The position numbers and the translations under genes are program-made. The notes beneath the pieces were generated by a model. The model ran no database searches. It was not told the DNA's origin and worked only from the letters and a program-made list of their open reading frames with translations. Below, piece by piece: positions 31,906 through 48,260 of a stretch of 64,000 nucleotides of DNA; positions within the stretch are counted from its first letter, which is position 1; every line of letters starts with the position of its first letter. Source of the DNA: the human T2T-CHM13v2.0 reference genome, Homo sapiens; NCBI RefSeq assembly GCF_009914755.1, contig NC_060929.1. The stretch is one strand, 5' to 3'.

Positions 31906-34127
31906 GTAAAGCCTTGTGGTGTACATAAGTAAATTGGGAGTGGCCAGGACTTCATTACTTTTATTCGTCCTTGCTTTTCCTTTTTTCCTTCTGACTGCAT
32001 CGTAAAGAAGTAGTCACCATAAAGAGACCAATGCCTTTGTTGCCATGGCAACCTGTATCTATACCTATACCCACAAAGAATGATTTTATTTACAGTTGGG
32101 GACCTAACATGCATTTCTAAATAGAAGGGTAGAGAAATTTCTCAAGTAATTAAAATGAAAATTGCAAGTCATCAGATTACGTTGTAATGTTCTCAGAGAA
32201 CAGTTTAATTTAATGCTCTCCAAAGTTGAATTAGCCTCAGATGAATGAGGACTGCTGTGTCAGCCCATTGTAGAAATGGGATCCATCACATATTTCATAG
32301 TTACATCCAACTACTACTGTTATTTGGGTGAGACCTTAGTGATCATTTAGCCTCATTCCCCTGACTGGACAGGTGGAGGTAGCAGAGACCCAGACATAAG
32401 AGGGGACCTCCCTGAGGTCATGCCTCAGTGATGGACAGAGTTAGAGCTGAAACCCTGGAACACCATCTCTCTGGAAGAGCCTCTCCTGAGATTTCCTATT
32501 CCAGAGCCTAAAAAATATGAAATGCTTTACATGTTTCCTATGTAGTAAAAGGAAATTTTACAGCAGAAAAATAGTAACCAAGCCAGGTTATTTTCCTGGC
32601 TGGTAAAATATAGCTGGAGAACTCTTATTATTAATTAGAAATCAAAACGTGAGGGTGATGCATTTCCATATACTGCTGGGGGGAGTCATTGAAGGACAAG
32701 CCAAGAGGTTATACACTTCCCAGCCTTCTGCTGGGCCAAGATCATTTCTTTAACTTTCTAAGCTTCTCTTGCTGTGCAGGGGAATTATTTTGTCTTCTTA
32801 GTCAGTCATGAGGTGAGTGAGGTGAATTAAAGTGTCTTTGAAGGCATGTGTTTTTCTTTCTTTGTATAGCTCCTGTAGTTTTTCTTTATTTATGTCTAAG
32901 TTACACTGTTTGGTGCACAGATACATCATCACTGTTACATCGTCATTGTGAATCCCTCACTTTAGCATTATAAAGTGCCTATCTAGGTCATGTTTACTGC
33001 TTTTGCCCTGAGTTCAACCTTATCTAATATTAGTATCTCCACCCCTCTTTTTGCTTGTTTTTCTCTTTGTTTTGATCAGGTTTGCATTTGACCAATATAC
33101 AGCTTTTCCTATGCTTTATTTTTGCAATCTTTCTGAATTGTTTTGTTTTAGCTTTGTCTCTTATATACTGCATAAATTTCTGTGTTGCTTTATAATATGA
33201 TGCTAATCTTTTAATATAATCCATTTGTATTAATGTGACATATATTTGATCTTGGGTCTCGTTTGATGCTTTCTGTTTCTATAACTTTTTCTACTCTCTT
33301 ATGCCATGTGGTTATTTTCTCTAGTTGGTATTTTTGCTCTAGTGGTGACTTTAAAACCATAGTTTTGATTTTCTTAATTATTTAATTCTTTTGACAAGAC
33401 CTGTTAATTCCCTAATATAAGTAATGGTGAAATTACTATATTTCCTCTGTTTTTCATCTTATTTTCTTCCTCCCCCATCCAATACCCAATTTTAGCTGGT
33501 ATTTTATTTTGATAGTGTTCACTTTACTCTTAAATGTACTTGATTTGTCAGTTTGAAGTGATATTTTTTGGCCTGCTGATAATAAAGATAAGGAAATGGG
33601 AATGCCTTTTCTACCTTTCATCTCTTTCCCTTCTCTTTCTTTCATTAGTATTAACATTGCTTCATTGTCCAGGCATATAACATTTACACTCTGTACTATA
33701 GCCATACTCCCAACTTTTGAGTCCTTTGTATAGTTAAATAGGTTGTTTGGTGCTAGTTGTTTTTCCAGTTTTGTCTTTGTTGGCTGAAGTGAGTATTTTA
33801 GTAAATTCTTTGGAGGAATGATATCCCCTGAGTTCTTGGTATTTTAAATTATTTTATTTGCCTGTTGTTTTTGTACTTGAACTACAGTTTGGCCAGATTT
33901 ACAATTTCAAGGTGACATTTTCTTTTCTTGAGGTACTTTTAGGCATTGCTTTTCTGTCTTCTAGTATGGAATATTGGAGAAATCTAGTATGGAATGTGGA
34001 GAAATCTAACGCCTGCCTGATTTTTTTCCACTTGATTGACGTGATGTTGTTCATTTTTCTCATTTCTATCTTCTATATCCATGGAAATATTTTTCAATTA
34101 GGGTTTCTTCATCGGCCAGTTATTTTC

Positions 34128-34511
34128 TTTTCTTTTCTGTTTTTTTTTTTTTGAGACAGAGTCTCACTCTGTCTCCCAAGCTGGAATGGAGTGGCACGAT
34201 TTCGGCTCACTGCAACCTCCGCCTCCTGGGTTAAAGTGATTCTCCTGCCTCAGCTTCCTGAGTAGCTGGAATTACAGGCATGCGCCCAGCCAAATTTTTG
34301 TATTTTAGTAGGCGTGTGCCCAGCTAAATTTTTGTATTTTAGTAGAGACAGGGTTTCACCATGTTGGCCATGCCCAGCTGCTTTTTGTATTTTAGTAGAG
34401 ACAGGGTTTCACCATATTGGCCAGGCTGGTCTTGAACTCCTGACCTCAAGTGATCTGCCCGCCACAGCCTCCCAAAGTGCCGGGATTACAGGCGTGAGCC
34501 ACTGTACCAGT
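34128..34511 (-). mobile_element. Alu with internal tandem duplications
   Basis: Three copies of the central linker (see findings). Confidence 0.9.
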
Positions 34512-34626
34512 TATTTTCTTAATTTTGTTCTACTGTGTTCCTTTCCTCTTTTTAAAAATATCATCTTTATGAGTGTCATGTGGTGGTTCTTTTTTGACTA
34601 TTCATCATTGAAAAGTGTAAGTTTCA

Positions 34627-35270
<644 letters not shown>

Positions 35271-36131
35271 GAAAAACGTGTTTCTTTTAGACCGGTCATT
35301 TGTAGATTCATGTCAGAGAAAGAGAGAACAACAGAGCGGGACACCAGAGCACTGTTCTAGACTAGCAGGATTTTTCTTCATATAACCCAGAGTTTTGTCT
35401 ACAAGTATGCACAGGCCTCATTTCTTTTAAGTCAACAGAAGTAGGCACTGAGGTGGTTTTTGGTACGCAGTCTCTTCTCTGCTGCTGCTGTCTTAGGAAC
35501 ATACTGTTTCCTATGAGTATGTCTTGCCTATGGAAACGCTTGACTAGCCTCATCTCTGCCACCACAGGATCCACGGAAGTTCTCTTTACTAGTCCTGCGC
35601 TCTGTTCTCATCATTGTAAATAGGAATTTAGGTTTTGTACTTCAGGTTGTGCCCTTACCTTTGAGAGCTGTACTGTTGTAGATTCTTTGTGAGATATAGA
35701 GCACTGTCTGCCTCTGACTGCTTTCTCCTGAACCCTGCCAGCCTCCATTTCCAATGTTTCTGGCAGTGTTTCCAGCTGTGCTGTGGCTTGAGGTTTCTAT
35801 GTTCTAATTATGTATGTCAAAGACAGGCTTTGCACTTTGTTCTTCATTCCTATTTTTTTAGAAGCTGATTCCAATAGGAGAAGGGGAAATACCAACTTTA
35901 TGCCTGCATCTTAAAAACTGGACTCAGGCAGGTTGTTAAAACATTCAACAATATGCGACTGGATGGAGAATTTTATGGAATGTTTAGTTTTGATTTCCGA
36001 AACATTTTATCTTTGTGGACTTCAAAACCCTGAGGTCACCTTAATAGGAATATACTGCCCTCTCTAAGTGATCTTTTACAATAACATTAGTTCCTATGAT
36101 ATGGAATATGATTTGTTTCTCTTCCTTCTAG

Positions 36132-36206
36132 AATGAGATGGCAAAAGCTGTGTCCATTTTTTCTCAAATCATGAATCCAGAAAGCATAGCCTGCATTAAT
36201 TTAAAT
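36132..36206 (+). CDS. PTCD2: PTCD2 exon 8 ([25 protein letters not shown])
   Basis: tctcttccttctag acceptor, AAT|GTAAGT donor; 75 nt, phase 0-0. Confidence 0.95.
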
Positions 36207-37401
36207 GTAAGTGATTTCTTTATGGTTTAAGGTAAGCCTTGAAATGTATTATAATAAATGTATTATAATAAAATTATACCTAAATTTTTTAGCTGTATAC
36301 AATGACTTGCTCTCCCAAGGTTTTCATTCAAATCAATAGTCATTTATTGAATTCCTCTCTGAAAATTACAGTATCACCCTTGTAAGAAGAGTCAACACAG
36401 CTGTCGCTTCCAGGAGTTTGTAAACAGGTTGGAGAGAGGTAGATATGCTCATATATAAGACATGGCTAGATGCTGAAGACATGAGACGTGGCTAAGAAAG
36501 CTGTAGATGTAGGGAGGAGGAGGGGATGGAGACAGATCCTCCAGGCCCTTTACCAAGCCTTGAGAGAAACCCATGTGCCAACTGCGTCTTATTGGTAGTA
36601 CCTAACTCATGGCATTGTTGCAATTAATGAGCTTATATACTTATGGTACACAAAATAGTGCCTGACATGTGGTAAGCATTCAGTAAATGTTATCTATTGT
36701 CATTCTTATTATGTTGCCAGTATGCCCATGGTCCTCTTCCCCATTAACTTACCTGGGCCACCTGGGTCACTTATTTGGGACCTTGTGGTCTGGGTCAGCA
36801 AGTGGCTGCACACATATCACCAAGACATGCAAAACCTTAATCCCTAAAACTAAAAGCATAGGAAAAAAAATTATCTCAGATTCACCAGATTCACGCTAAT
36901 AATAAAGTTTGAGGCATATTACTACTCCCAGAGTTTGAGCAGTGTGTCACAAAACCTTCCTGGACCAATTATAAAAGACTGTCTTGTTATTAAGGACACC
37001 ATAGCCCCCATTCAGCCTGCCCATATTGAGACTCCTTGTATACTGTGTCTACTTGTGTGGGGGGAGTTGCAAAAGAAAAAAACTTTCAGGAGCTTATAGT
37101 CTCCTGAAACAGTCAGAGGGTTGAGATGAAGAAAACATTTTCAGAAAAATGGAAATGTGTAAGCATTAGCATGACACAAACTAGGAAAACAAGTCACAAT
37201 CAATGGAGTATTCCAAGATGAGTAGATGAAGGGGGTCGGGTTGGCCGGCAGGAGCAACGTGAGGGGCCCTTAGGGCGGGAACCTACTGAGCAGTGCTCTA
37301 GAGGAGGACAGGACTGTGGGGTTGGAGGGAATGAGGTGGAGGGTGTTATTTGTTGGGATATTGGTTTTGGTGGAGCATCTATTTAAAAGAATATGAACTG
37401 T

Positions 37402-37741
<340 letters not shown>

Positions 37742-37794
37742 TTAATTTGCCCCTGGAAACCCCCCAATTTCCTTTGATCTGAAACAGTAATAGT

Positions 37795-38879
37795 TATTGG
37801 GGGAACCTGCCCCCAATAGTCACGTAGGTTCTTTTCTATTTTCCCTAAGTGTCGGCCAGTCTGAGAAATAAAGGGACAGAGTACAAAAGAGAGAAATTTT
37901 AAAGCTGGGTGTCCGGGGGAGACATCACATGTCGGCAGGTTCCGTGATGCCCCGTGAGCCATAAAACCAGTAAGTTTTTATTAGTGATTTCAAAAGGGGA
38001 GGGAGTGTATGAATAGGGTGTGGGTCACAGAGATCACGTGCTTCACAAGGTAGTAGAATATCACAAGGTAAATGGAGGCAGGGCGAGATCACAGGACCAC
38101 AGGACCAGGGCGAAATTAAAATTGCTAATGAAGTTTCGGGCATGCATTGTCATTGATAACATCTTATCAGGAGACAGGGTTTGAGAGCAGACAACCGGTC
38201 TGACCAAAATTTATTAGGTGGGAATTTCCTTGTCCTAATAAGCCTGGGAGCGCTACGGGAGACTGGGGCTTATTTCATCCCTACAGCTTCGACCATAAAA
38301 GAAGGCTGCCCCCTGAAGTGGCCATTTCAGAGGCCTACCCTCAGGGATGCATTCTCTTTCTCAGGGATGTTCCTTGCTGAGAAAAAGAATTCAGTGATAT
38401 TTCTCCAATTTCCTTTTGAAAGAAGAGAAATATGGCTGTGTTCCGCCCAGCTCACCAGCAGTAAGAGTTCAAGGTTATCTCTCTTGTTCCCTAAACATTG
38501 CTGTTATCCTGTTCTTTTTTCAAGGTGCCCACATTTCATATTGTTCAAACACACATGCTCTACAAACAATTTGTGCAGTTAATGCAATCATCACAGGGTC
38601 CTGAGGCGACATACATCCTCCTCAGTTTAAGAAGATGACGGGATTAAGAGATTAAAGACAGGCATAGGAAATCACAAGGGTATTGATTGGGGAAGTGATA
38701 AGTGTCCATGAAATCTTAACAATTTATGTTCAGAGTAAAGACAGTAAAGACAGGCATAAGAAATTATAAACGTATTAATTTGGGGAACTAATAAATGTCC
38801 ATGAAATCTTCACAATTTATTTTCTTCTGCCATGGCTTCAGCCAGTCCCTCCATTTGGGGTTCCTGACTTCCTGCAACA
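37795..38879 (-). mobile_element. MER11 solo LTR (HERV-K HML-8/HERVK11), 1085 bp
   Basis: Minus strand starts tgttgcaggaagtcagg...gctgaagccatggcagaag; internal ~95-bp tandem; 6-bp TSD aatagt at 37789-37794 and 38880-38885. Confidence 0.9.
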
Positions 38880-40573
38880 AATAGTTGCTATCTTTTTGTT
38901 GTGGGGATTAAAATAAATTATGCATATAAAATAGTTAGCATAGTGCCTGGCAGGTAGTCTGTTCAATGAATATTTGCTAATACTAATAGTATTTTTTTGA
39001 CATGAGTTAAATTAAAAGGAATATTCATTTGTACTGAATCCTAGAACCTAGTGAATAGGAATTATGCATAACTCCAAACTTCTGAAAGAGTCATACTTAA
39101 AGATAATAATGCTTTTCAGTTCTGCCCATAGTAGTTATCCTCAAATGTCATCCCACACCAGTGCCCAGGTGACTTTTCAGAGAATGACTAGATGAGTATT
39201 TATGGTAAATTTTGGAGAACAAGGTCAGGCAAGAAGTGTGCAATAAGAATTCCTCATATTGGACCTCAACTTTACTTTTCAAAATGCTTTTACATGAGAG
39301 AAAGGTGAGCCCAAGGAACCAGAAAGATGGAGAGAGTGATAACAGAGAACTTGAAAAAATGAAATGGGTTTGTAATGGAAGAAACAAAATACTAGAAAAA
39401 TATCGACAGAGACATTTTAGTTTCAAAGGGCATAAACTTGGAGGGCATGAACTCAACTATATACACCTGGTAATGGATTTGATATGAACTGATGAATGCC
39501 ATAAGAAAGCAGGGAAGTATGAGGGCTCAGAAATGAGTTTATAAGGCATTAATGGTGAGGCAGAGGAAGCACCAGAAAAGAGAGGGAAGGACTTGCAGCT
39601 GTGTAGAAATCCAAGCGGCTGAGAGCCCTCCCTGTCTTAGCCTGCTGCAGGTAGCTCCTGTTCATCTTGGGGGCTGAAGCAGAAACTACAGGTCTGAGCA
39701 GGTGGGTCAGCCTGAAAAGCTCACACGCTAAAGCAGGTCTGGGAGGCCAAGGTTGGCAAAGGTCCAGAGTCCAGAAGGTCAGGTCATTTGAGCAAGTGAT
39801 ACCAGTAAGCTAAACAGACTGGGAAGCCTGGTCTTCCAGCAGGCATACTATGTCTCTGACTTATCTGCTTCCTACTGGATATGGACAGCTCTGGTATTCC
39901 AGTATATAATTGCTTCTGAGAGAGAGAATGGCCTTCAGATGTCCCATCTATCATGATGGGACAGAATAGAACTGCTGGGATTAGCAAGATACTCTTCCAC
40001 TAAAGCTAAAGCTATCCAAGTCTCTGATAACATCAGGAAGGAAAGAAAGGAGAAAAGGGGGAGAAGTGTTTTACTTGGATCATTGATCACTTTTCCTAGA
40101 ATTGAAGCAAGGTTGAGGGTTTCAGTAAGAATTGGTGATAAGAAATCAAACAGTGAGGTAAGCAGGTTTTAATTTATCTAAGGTGTCATGCTTGGTACTT
40201 TAGATTTGTTATACAACTCTATCAAAACAATTTTTCTCCACATTATAGATGTGGAAAATGAAGATTCAAGGGTAAGTAAATTACCTTAGTTCTCCCAACT
40301 AAATAAATAGCAGAGTCAGGGTTTTAACACCAACAACTCTGTCTGACTGCGAAGCCTAGGGTTTCCCCGCCACTCCAGACCTACAGAGATGAAAAAGGTG
40401 CGTCTCTTTTATCCAGGACTGGGATTAGTGGCTCCTCTTGAATAATAAAAAGAACACAAGACTGGATGTCAAAAACCATGATCCCACTAGTGCATGTAAG
40501 CCACCTCTGGATTTAGATTTCTCATCTCCTTCCATCGTGGCCTATCTCTCACAGTTACAAGAATCTGGTAATG

Positions 40574-40871
40574 GGCTGGGTGCGGTGGCTCATGCCTGTA
40601 ATCTCAGCACTTTGGAAGGCTGAGGTGGGTGGATTATTTGAAGTCAGGAGTTCAAGACCAGCCTGGACAACATGGTGAAACCCCATCTCTACTGAAAATA
40701 CAAAAATTAGCTGAACGTGGTGGTGTGTGCCTGTAATCCTGGCTTACTTGGGAGGCTAAGGCAGGAGGATTGCTTGAACCTGGGAGGCGGAGGCTGCTGT
40801 GAGTGGAGATCACACCATTGCACTCCAGCCTGGGCAACAGAGCGAGACTCTGCCTCCAACAACAACAAAAA
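40574..40871 (+). mobile_element. Alu
   Basis: Dimer; TSD aatct(g/a)gtaatg. Confidence 0.95.
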
Positions 40872-42164
40872 TAATCTAGTAATGATTTGATTTTTTTTTT
40901 TTCCCCCAAATGAGAAGGTGCTTTGGTGGAGCTAAACATGAGCCTGCTGAGCATGAGGCTGTCCATTCCCAATAAGAGGAGCAATGCAGGGCATGATGAA
41001 AAAAGTGTGTGCTTGCCCACCAGGCAGCAGGAACAGCTCCTTTCCTCTGAGGGCTAGAAAGGAAAGTCAGCCTATGGATGCAGTGGAATGGGCGTGTTTC
41101 AGGCAAGGACTCCATAAGTAACTTTGAAGTGATACTGAGTATGAATCATCCTCTCTGAACTGCGTCACAGAATTACCCACTGTCGGGAAACTTAAAGATA
41201 GTTTCAGTGTTTAAAAATTCTCAGGAAATTCTTTCAAATGTTCAACCCAAATTTCTCATGTTGCAATATAAGCCTATGTCATCTTCCTCGGGGATGATGA
41301 AAAAGATATGGTTGCCATTCTCAAGTTTAGTAATCTTTTAGATTCTAGGTCTCTGTTAGTAGAGCACATTTTAAAAAATGACTGCATGGACCTTAGCTTC
41401 TCCAAGGCTGACTCATCTACTTGAAATCCTTAAAGGCAGCTTATTAATTATTGAGAGATGGAAACTGACAGATAGGCTGAGTAGTGTCTGTTTAGTCAGT
41501 ATTCACAGAAATCAATGAAACTTTTTTCTGATATACTTTAAAAATTAATGCTTTATGCTAAAATCTTTTGCTACTGTCAACTGAAATTTGAACTTAACAA
41601 ATTTTCTCCCTGACTTGATTGTTTTATTAAATTGCTCCTGTTGCCAGTGTGACCCAGAGGGCCCAGTTTCCTATTTTCCCAGCTAATACGTGATACATAC
41701 TGCAATGATTTAACAGATCTCATCAAAACACATGTATGTTGACTCTGCCTTTTCAGTCTGAATTTAAACTTCTCAATCTCAAACATAGACCCTCTTTAGC
41801 AATGCTGCTTCACATCAAAGAATTAATTTCCACTTCCAAATATGTCTGAAAATAGCAGAGACCAGTGCAGGGTAACTTTCCACTGATCGTATTTGAATTC
41901 TAATCATTTATGTATAAAACTGGCATGTCTCCAATTGGAGATCCATTTTGGAATTGAATTTACCTTGCAAGGGAATTGACAAGTGGTTTTGCTGCTTTTA
42001 TCATTCATTTGTTAATACAGGTGAATGTGTTAATGCCCCTTTCTCCTACCCACTTAGGTCACCCTAAAGTTCTAGCATATGCTGGGAAGTCTAGGATGCA
42101 CAGGGAGGAAAGGAGACAGGACTCATTTCTCACAAATTCCTTCGTGGCAGCATCTTACTCATAT

Positions 42165-42650
42165 GTGTGAGTTAAGAATTGCATTTGTTTGGGAGCAATG
42201 TAGACTCCAAAAATAAAAATAAAACCTGTACAAATTAGAGCATTTATTTTTCTTCCATGTAGAAAACGAGTCTGGTCAGTCCACGCCTTGTGTGGCATTC
42301 CATGATGTCATCAGGAACCCAGCCTCTTTCTATGTTTCTACTCTACCATCTTTAACACGTGACTTCCATTCATTATATCCCTGGTCCAGCAAGAAGTAGG
42401 AAAAATGGGAGTGGACAAAGAAGTTCATCCCTTTTAAAGACGCTTTCTCAAATGTCTCATCTAACAACTTGTACTGATGGTGTTATTGGCCAGAACTTAA
42501 TCCCATGACCATACCTAATTGCAAAGAATACTGAGAAATGGTCTTTGAGTTTCGTACATACATGAAAGTGTCTATTAAGGTTAGGGAGTTCTGTTATCGA
42601 AAAAGGAGGAGAGAATGGATATTGGTTAGAAAACTGGCAGCCTCTACCAC
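42165..42650. mobile_element. MLT1-type MaLR LTR (old)
   Basis: ttattggccagaactt...atgaccatacctaattgcaaag...tgagaaatg motif. Confidence 0.6.
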
Positions 42651-43351
42651 ACTATGATATCCTACTTCAAATATAGCAAACCTAAAACAAAAATAAAAGA
42701 AACAAGAAATGTAAATTTCTGCATCCTCAGGGCTTCTGTTCCCTTTTTTGTTCAAAGGTATCTAGTAACGTATTTCCTGATGCCTCAGAAAATCAAAGAG
42801 GCAGGAAGCATGTGTTCTTTAAATAGTTTTTCTTACCAAAATTTCCCCTGTTCCTTACCAACTGAGTTTCCCTAGTCTTTTGTTGGAAATCTGTAAGATT
42901 AAGGCAATGTGCTGTACCCTACTTTCATTTTCTTTAGCTGAACCCTGAGACTGGTTTGAGATAAGCCCCTAGCTTTAAACTTTCTCTTTGCCTTTTATCG
43001 GTGACTGCCTTATGTGCATTGCCCTTCATCAGTGTATTTTAAGGTAATGAGCCTTATTTTTGAAATCCCTGCTGATTCAGAAATAGTTGCTGGAGGGAGG
43101 AAGAGAAGTTGGGAAAACTTAGGAATAAATATTGAAATCTCCCAGGGAGCACATCATTTCTAGCAGAGGGCTCTAGATGGTTTATTTTTGTAAATTGCTG
43201 GGGGAACCAAGCTCCTCTTCTTGTTTATTGTTATCGAGGGCTGGCCAGTTGCCTTGTACTACATAGCACTGCATTGAACAAGGTAGACTTGTCTTTGCCT
43301 TTGAGAGGACACCACCATCAACCAAACTGGGATGGTTTTTATTAACAAAGG

Positions 43352-43784
43352 TGTTAAGAACTGTGAAGAGTCAGAGATTTTATCCCACTTGTAAGCTAAT
43401 GAGTTAGCCTGCCCCAGTTTCACGGATGCTAGTGGAGTATACAAGACACAGAGAAATAAAGGACAATTTATTATGTAGCAGTAGCCAGAATATTAGCATC
43501 TTTGCATCAGTTTCCTGAGCCCCAGTTCCTGTGGGGAGACATGAAAAGCTCTATGTGCCTCTTGCACACATAGGAAGTTGCTTTCAAGAGAGGAACCCTA
43601 AGCTTAGGAAACCCAAATCTCTTATAATGGCCAGTAAGCATGCCTGTCCTTTGCTTTGGATGCAACACTGTGTTTGTTGTCCACAAACATCCTTGAAAAG
43701 ATAGTCTGGAATAAAAGCAGTCAGTGCTTTTGCTCTCAAGGCATGCAGAAATTTGAGAGACGCATGGAAAGTTGTCTCCCAAAA
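43352..43784 (-). mobile_element. LTR40-like ERVL solo LTR
   Basis: Minus strand starts ttgggagacaactttccatgcgtctctc...ttccagactatcttttcaaggatgtttgt. Confidence 0.7.
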
Positions 43785-44651
43785 AGGGTGTGCTCGTGAT
43801 TTTGCCTGGGCTTTAGAACACTGAATTTAAATTGGGTTCTTTGTATTTAGTTTACCTGGGATCATTTCATTCTGTTCTTCCGAACCAAAGACAACCCCTC
43901 ATCCTGATAAGTTACTCAACAAATGCAAAATGTTGCCAAGTAGACTGGTAAGAAAACATAGCTGGTTTAATATAAAAAAGGTAAATCTCTTCCAGGAAAA
44001 CTATCTTTGTAAGGATCAAGAGCCTTAAAAATGTCTCTATGCTTTGACTTGGTAATTTTACTTCTGGGAATCAAGTCTAAGACATTACCAGTTTTTAAAA
44101 GTACATATGTGCACATTGTTCAGTATAATAAAGTATGGTATATTTCCGTGATGAATTGCTATGTATGTGTTAAAAATGAGGTTTCTTTTTTCTAATATTA
44201 ATGCTATGAGGAAATAAATGTCTGTTGTGTAGTAATTGACCAAAAGTAGAATCAAATTTTGGGGATAAGTTAATATATTTGGAAGATTTATACATCAAAT
44301 TATAAACAGTGGTTGTAACATTGGTTGGTGAGTTCTCAGTTATTCTCACTTTCTTTAAACTTCTTCTTGAATTATACTAGTAAATATTGGTAATTGGGGG
44401 GAGATGTGTTCTTTTTTCTTGTGTTAGTTGCACAAGATAGTTGTGCACAAGTTGGTGGAAGATAGGTGGTAGTATCATTCCGAAAGCACACTACAGTACC
44501 CAGTTTTGAAAGTTCATTAATAGATAGCGTAAATAGGAGTGCCTCATTAACATTCCAGCCAGCTTCCACTCTGTGCCTGCAGTAACCTGTGTGCCTGCAA
44601 CTTCCTAAAAACAGAAAACGCTGAAGGTACCATTTGCCCCTAGCCAGTTAC

Positions 44652-45009
44652 TGTTATCCATTTTCACACTGCTATAAAGAATTGCCAGAGATTGGGTAAT
44701 TTATAAAGGAAAGAAGTTTAATTGACTCACAGTATCACATGGCTGGGGAGGCCTCAGGAAATACAGTCATGGGGGAAGGCGAAGGAGAAGCAAGTGTCTT
44801 CTTCACAAGGCAGCAGGAAAGGGAGAGAGCAGGGGCAACTGCCACTTATAAAACCATCAGTTTTCATGAGAACACACTGACTATCATGAGAACAGCATGG
44901 GGGAAACTGCCCCCATGATCCAATCACCTCCCACCATGTCCCTCCCCCGACACTGGAGATTATCATTCGAGATGAAATTTGGGTGGGGACACAAAGCCAA
45001 ACCATATCA
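44652..45009 (-). mobile_element. THE1/MST MaLR solo LTR
   Basis: Minus strand starts tgatatggtttggctttgtgtccccacccaaat; ctgggtaatttataaag-like and ggggaggcctcagg motifs. Confidence 0.9.
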
Positions 45010-45309
45010 CTAGTCTTATGAGATTGATTGTCATATCCTCTGAATCTAGAGGATGTAGAAAGGAGGAAACCAGTATTTTTGTTCATTGAGTATCTTCTGT
45101 ATACTGGTATTTTATTTAATGTTCATAAAACCCAAAATGTGAGATCTAAATCTATTTTCCCCATTTTACAAATGAGGGCATTTAAATTGAAAGATTAAGT
45201 ACCAGTCCAGAGTCACTTAGCTGGTACTTGCCAGTGTCTAGATTTCAGCCCGAGTATCCAGACACCAAAATCTCTGCCCTCTCCAGTGTTACCCGTAAAC
45301 AAGTTTTGA

Positions 45310-45595
<286 letters not shown>

Positions 45596-45810
45596 AAAGT
45601 TGTAGTTTTTGATTAACTATTGGAAAGCACATTTTGGCTCGTAAGTGTACATTTAAAGCACGTTTTTGAACTTGTGTAAGCAAATAAATTAGGAAGTAGG
45701 ATCAAAGCAGGGTAGGTGCCTATAAATGAAGGCTTATCTAACCAGGTACATTTCTCAGCATTGAGACACTCACTCAGTCTTGGTTTTGCTTGTGTCTTCT
45801 TAATATTCAG

Positions 45811-45924
45811 ATTATAATCCATATCCAGTCAAATATGTTGGAAAACCTGATAAAGACTCTAAAAAATGCTGCAGAAGGAAATTTATCAAAATTTGTGAAA
45901 AGACATGTGTTCTCGGAGGAAGTG
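45811..45924 (+). CDS. PTCD2: PTCD2 exon 9 ([38 protein letters not shown])
   Basis: cttcttaatattcag acceptor, GTG|GTGAGT donor; 114 nt, phase 0-0. Confidence 0.95.
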
Positions 45925-46539
45925 GTGAGTATGCAAGTGCTGCAGAAATCATTTAAAAGTGAAAGGACACTCTTAAAAATGTCCACTAATTTCTCAATTC
46001 TAAAGCTTACCTTAAAGAAATTGCCAAATATGGCAGCTTCTCTGTTGTTCCTGTTTTAAGACTTCCATGTATATGTGCAAAGATTTTTTTTTCTTCCAAC
46101 AGAATATATCCTCTGAAATTCTAGGAAACTTTTCCCTTTTACCTTATTCTTTTCTCCACATTGTATTCATGGGCCCTGGCTCTCTTTTTCTTCTAGATGA
46201 CGATTTTACACCTTTTTCCTTTTCCCTCAAGCCTTCAATACCTTCTCCTCACTTTTCACTCTCAGTTGATCACTGTATTTCTTGTTTCTTGGAGAAAATA
46301 GAAGTAATCAGAAAAGCATGACTGCTACATAGAGAGCCTCTGGCCCCTTGCCCTATATACCCATGATGACTGGATACATCTCTCACACCAGCCTCTTCAG
46401 TCATGCACTGGATCCCATCCTCTCTGACCCACTCCACAGCATCAGTCCAGAAGTTGACTCACTCTTTTGGCTATCATCAGTATCCCCTTCCCTGTGGGTC
46501 ATTCTTGTCAGCAAACAGTAGGATATAGTATCTCTCATC

Positions 46540-48260
<1,721 letters not shown>

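Noticed and set aside
38652-38825. ~95-bp tandem duplication
   Set aside because: Internal to the MER11 LTR and, as I recall, part of the family structure rather than a locus-specific event
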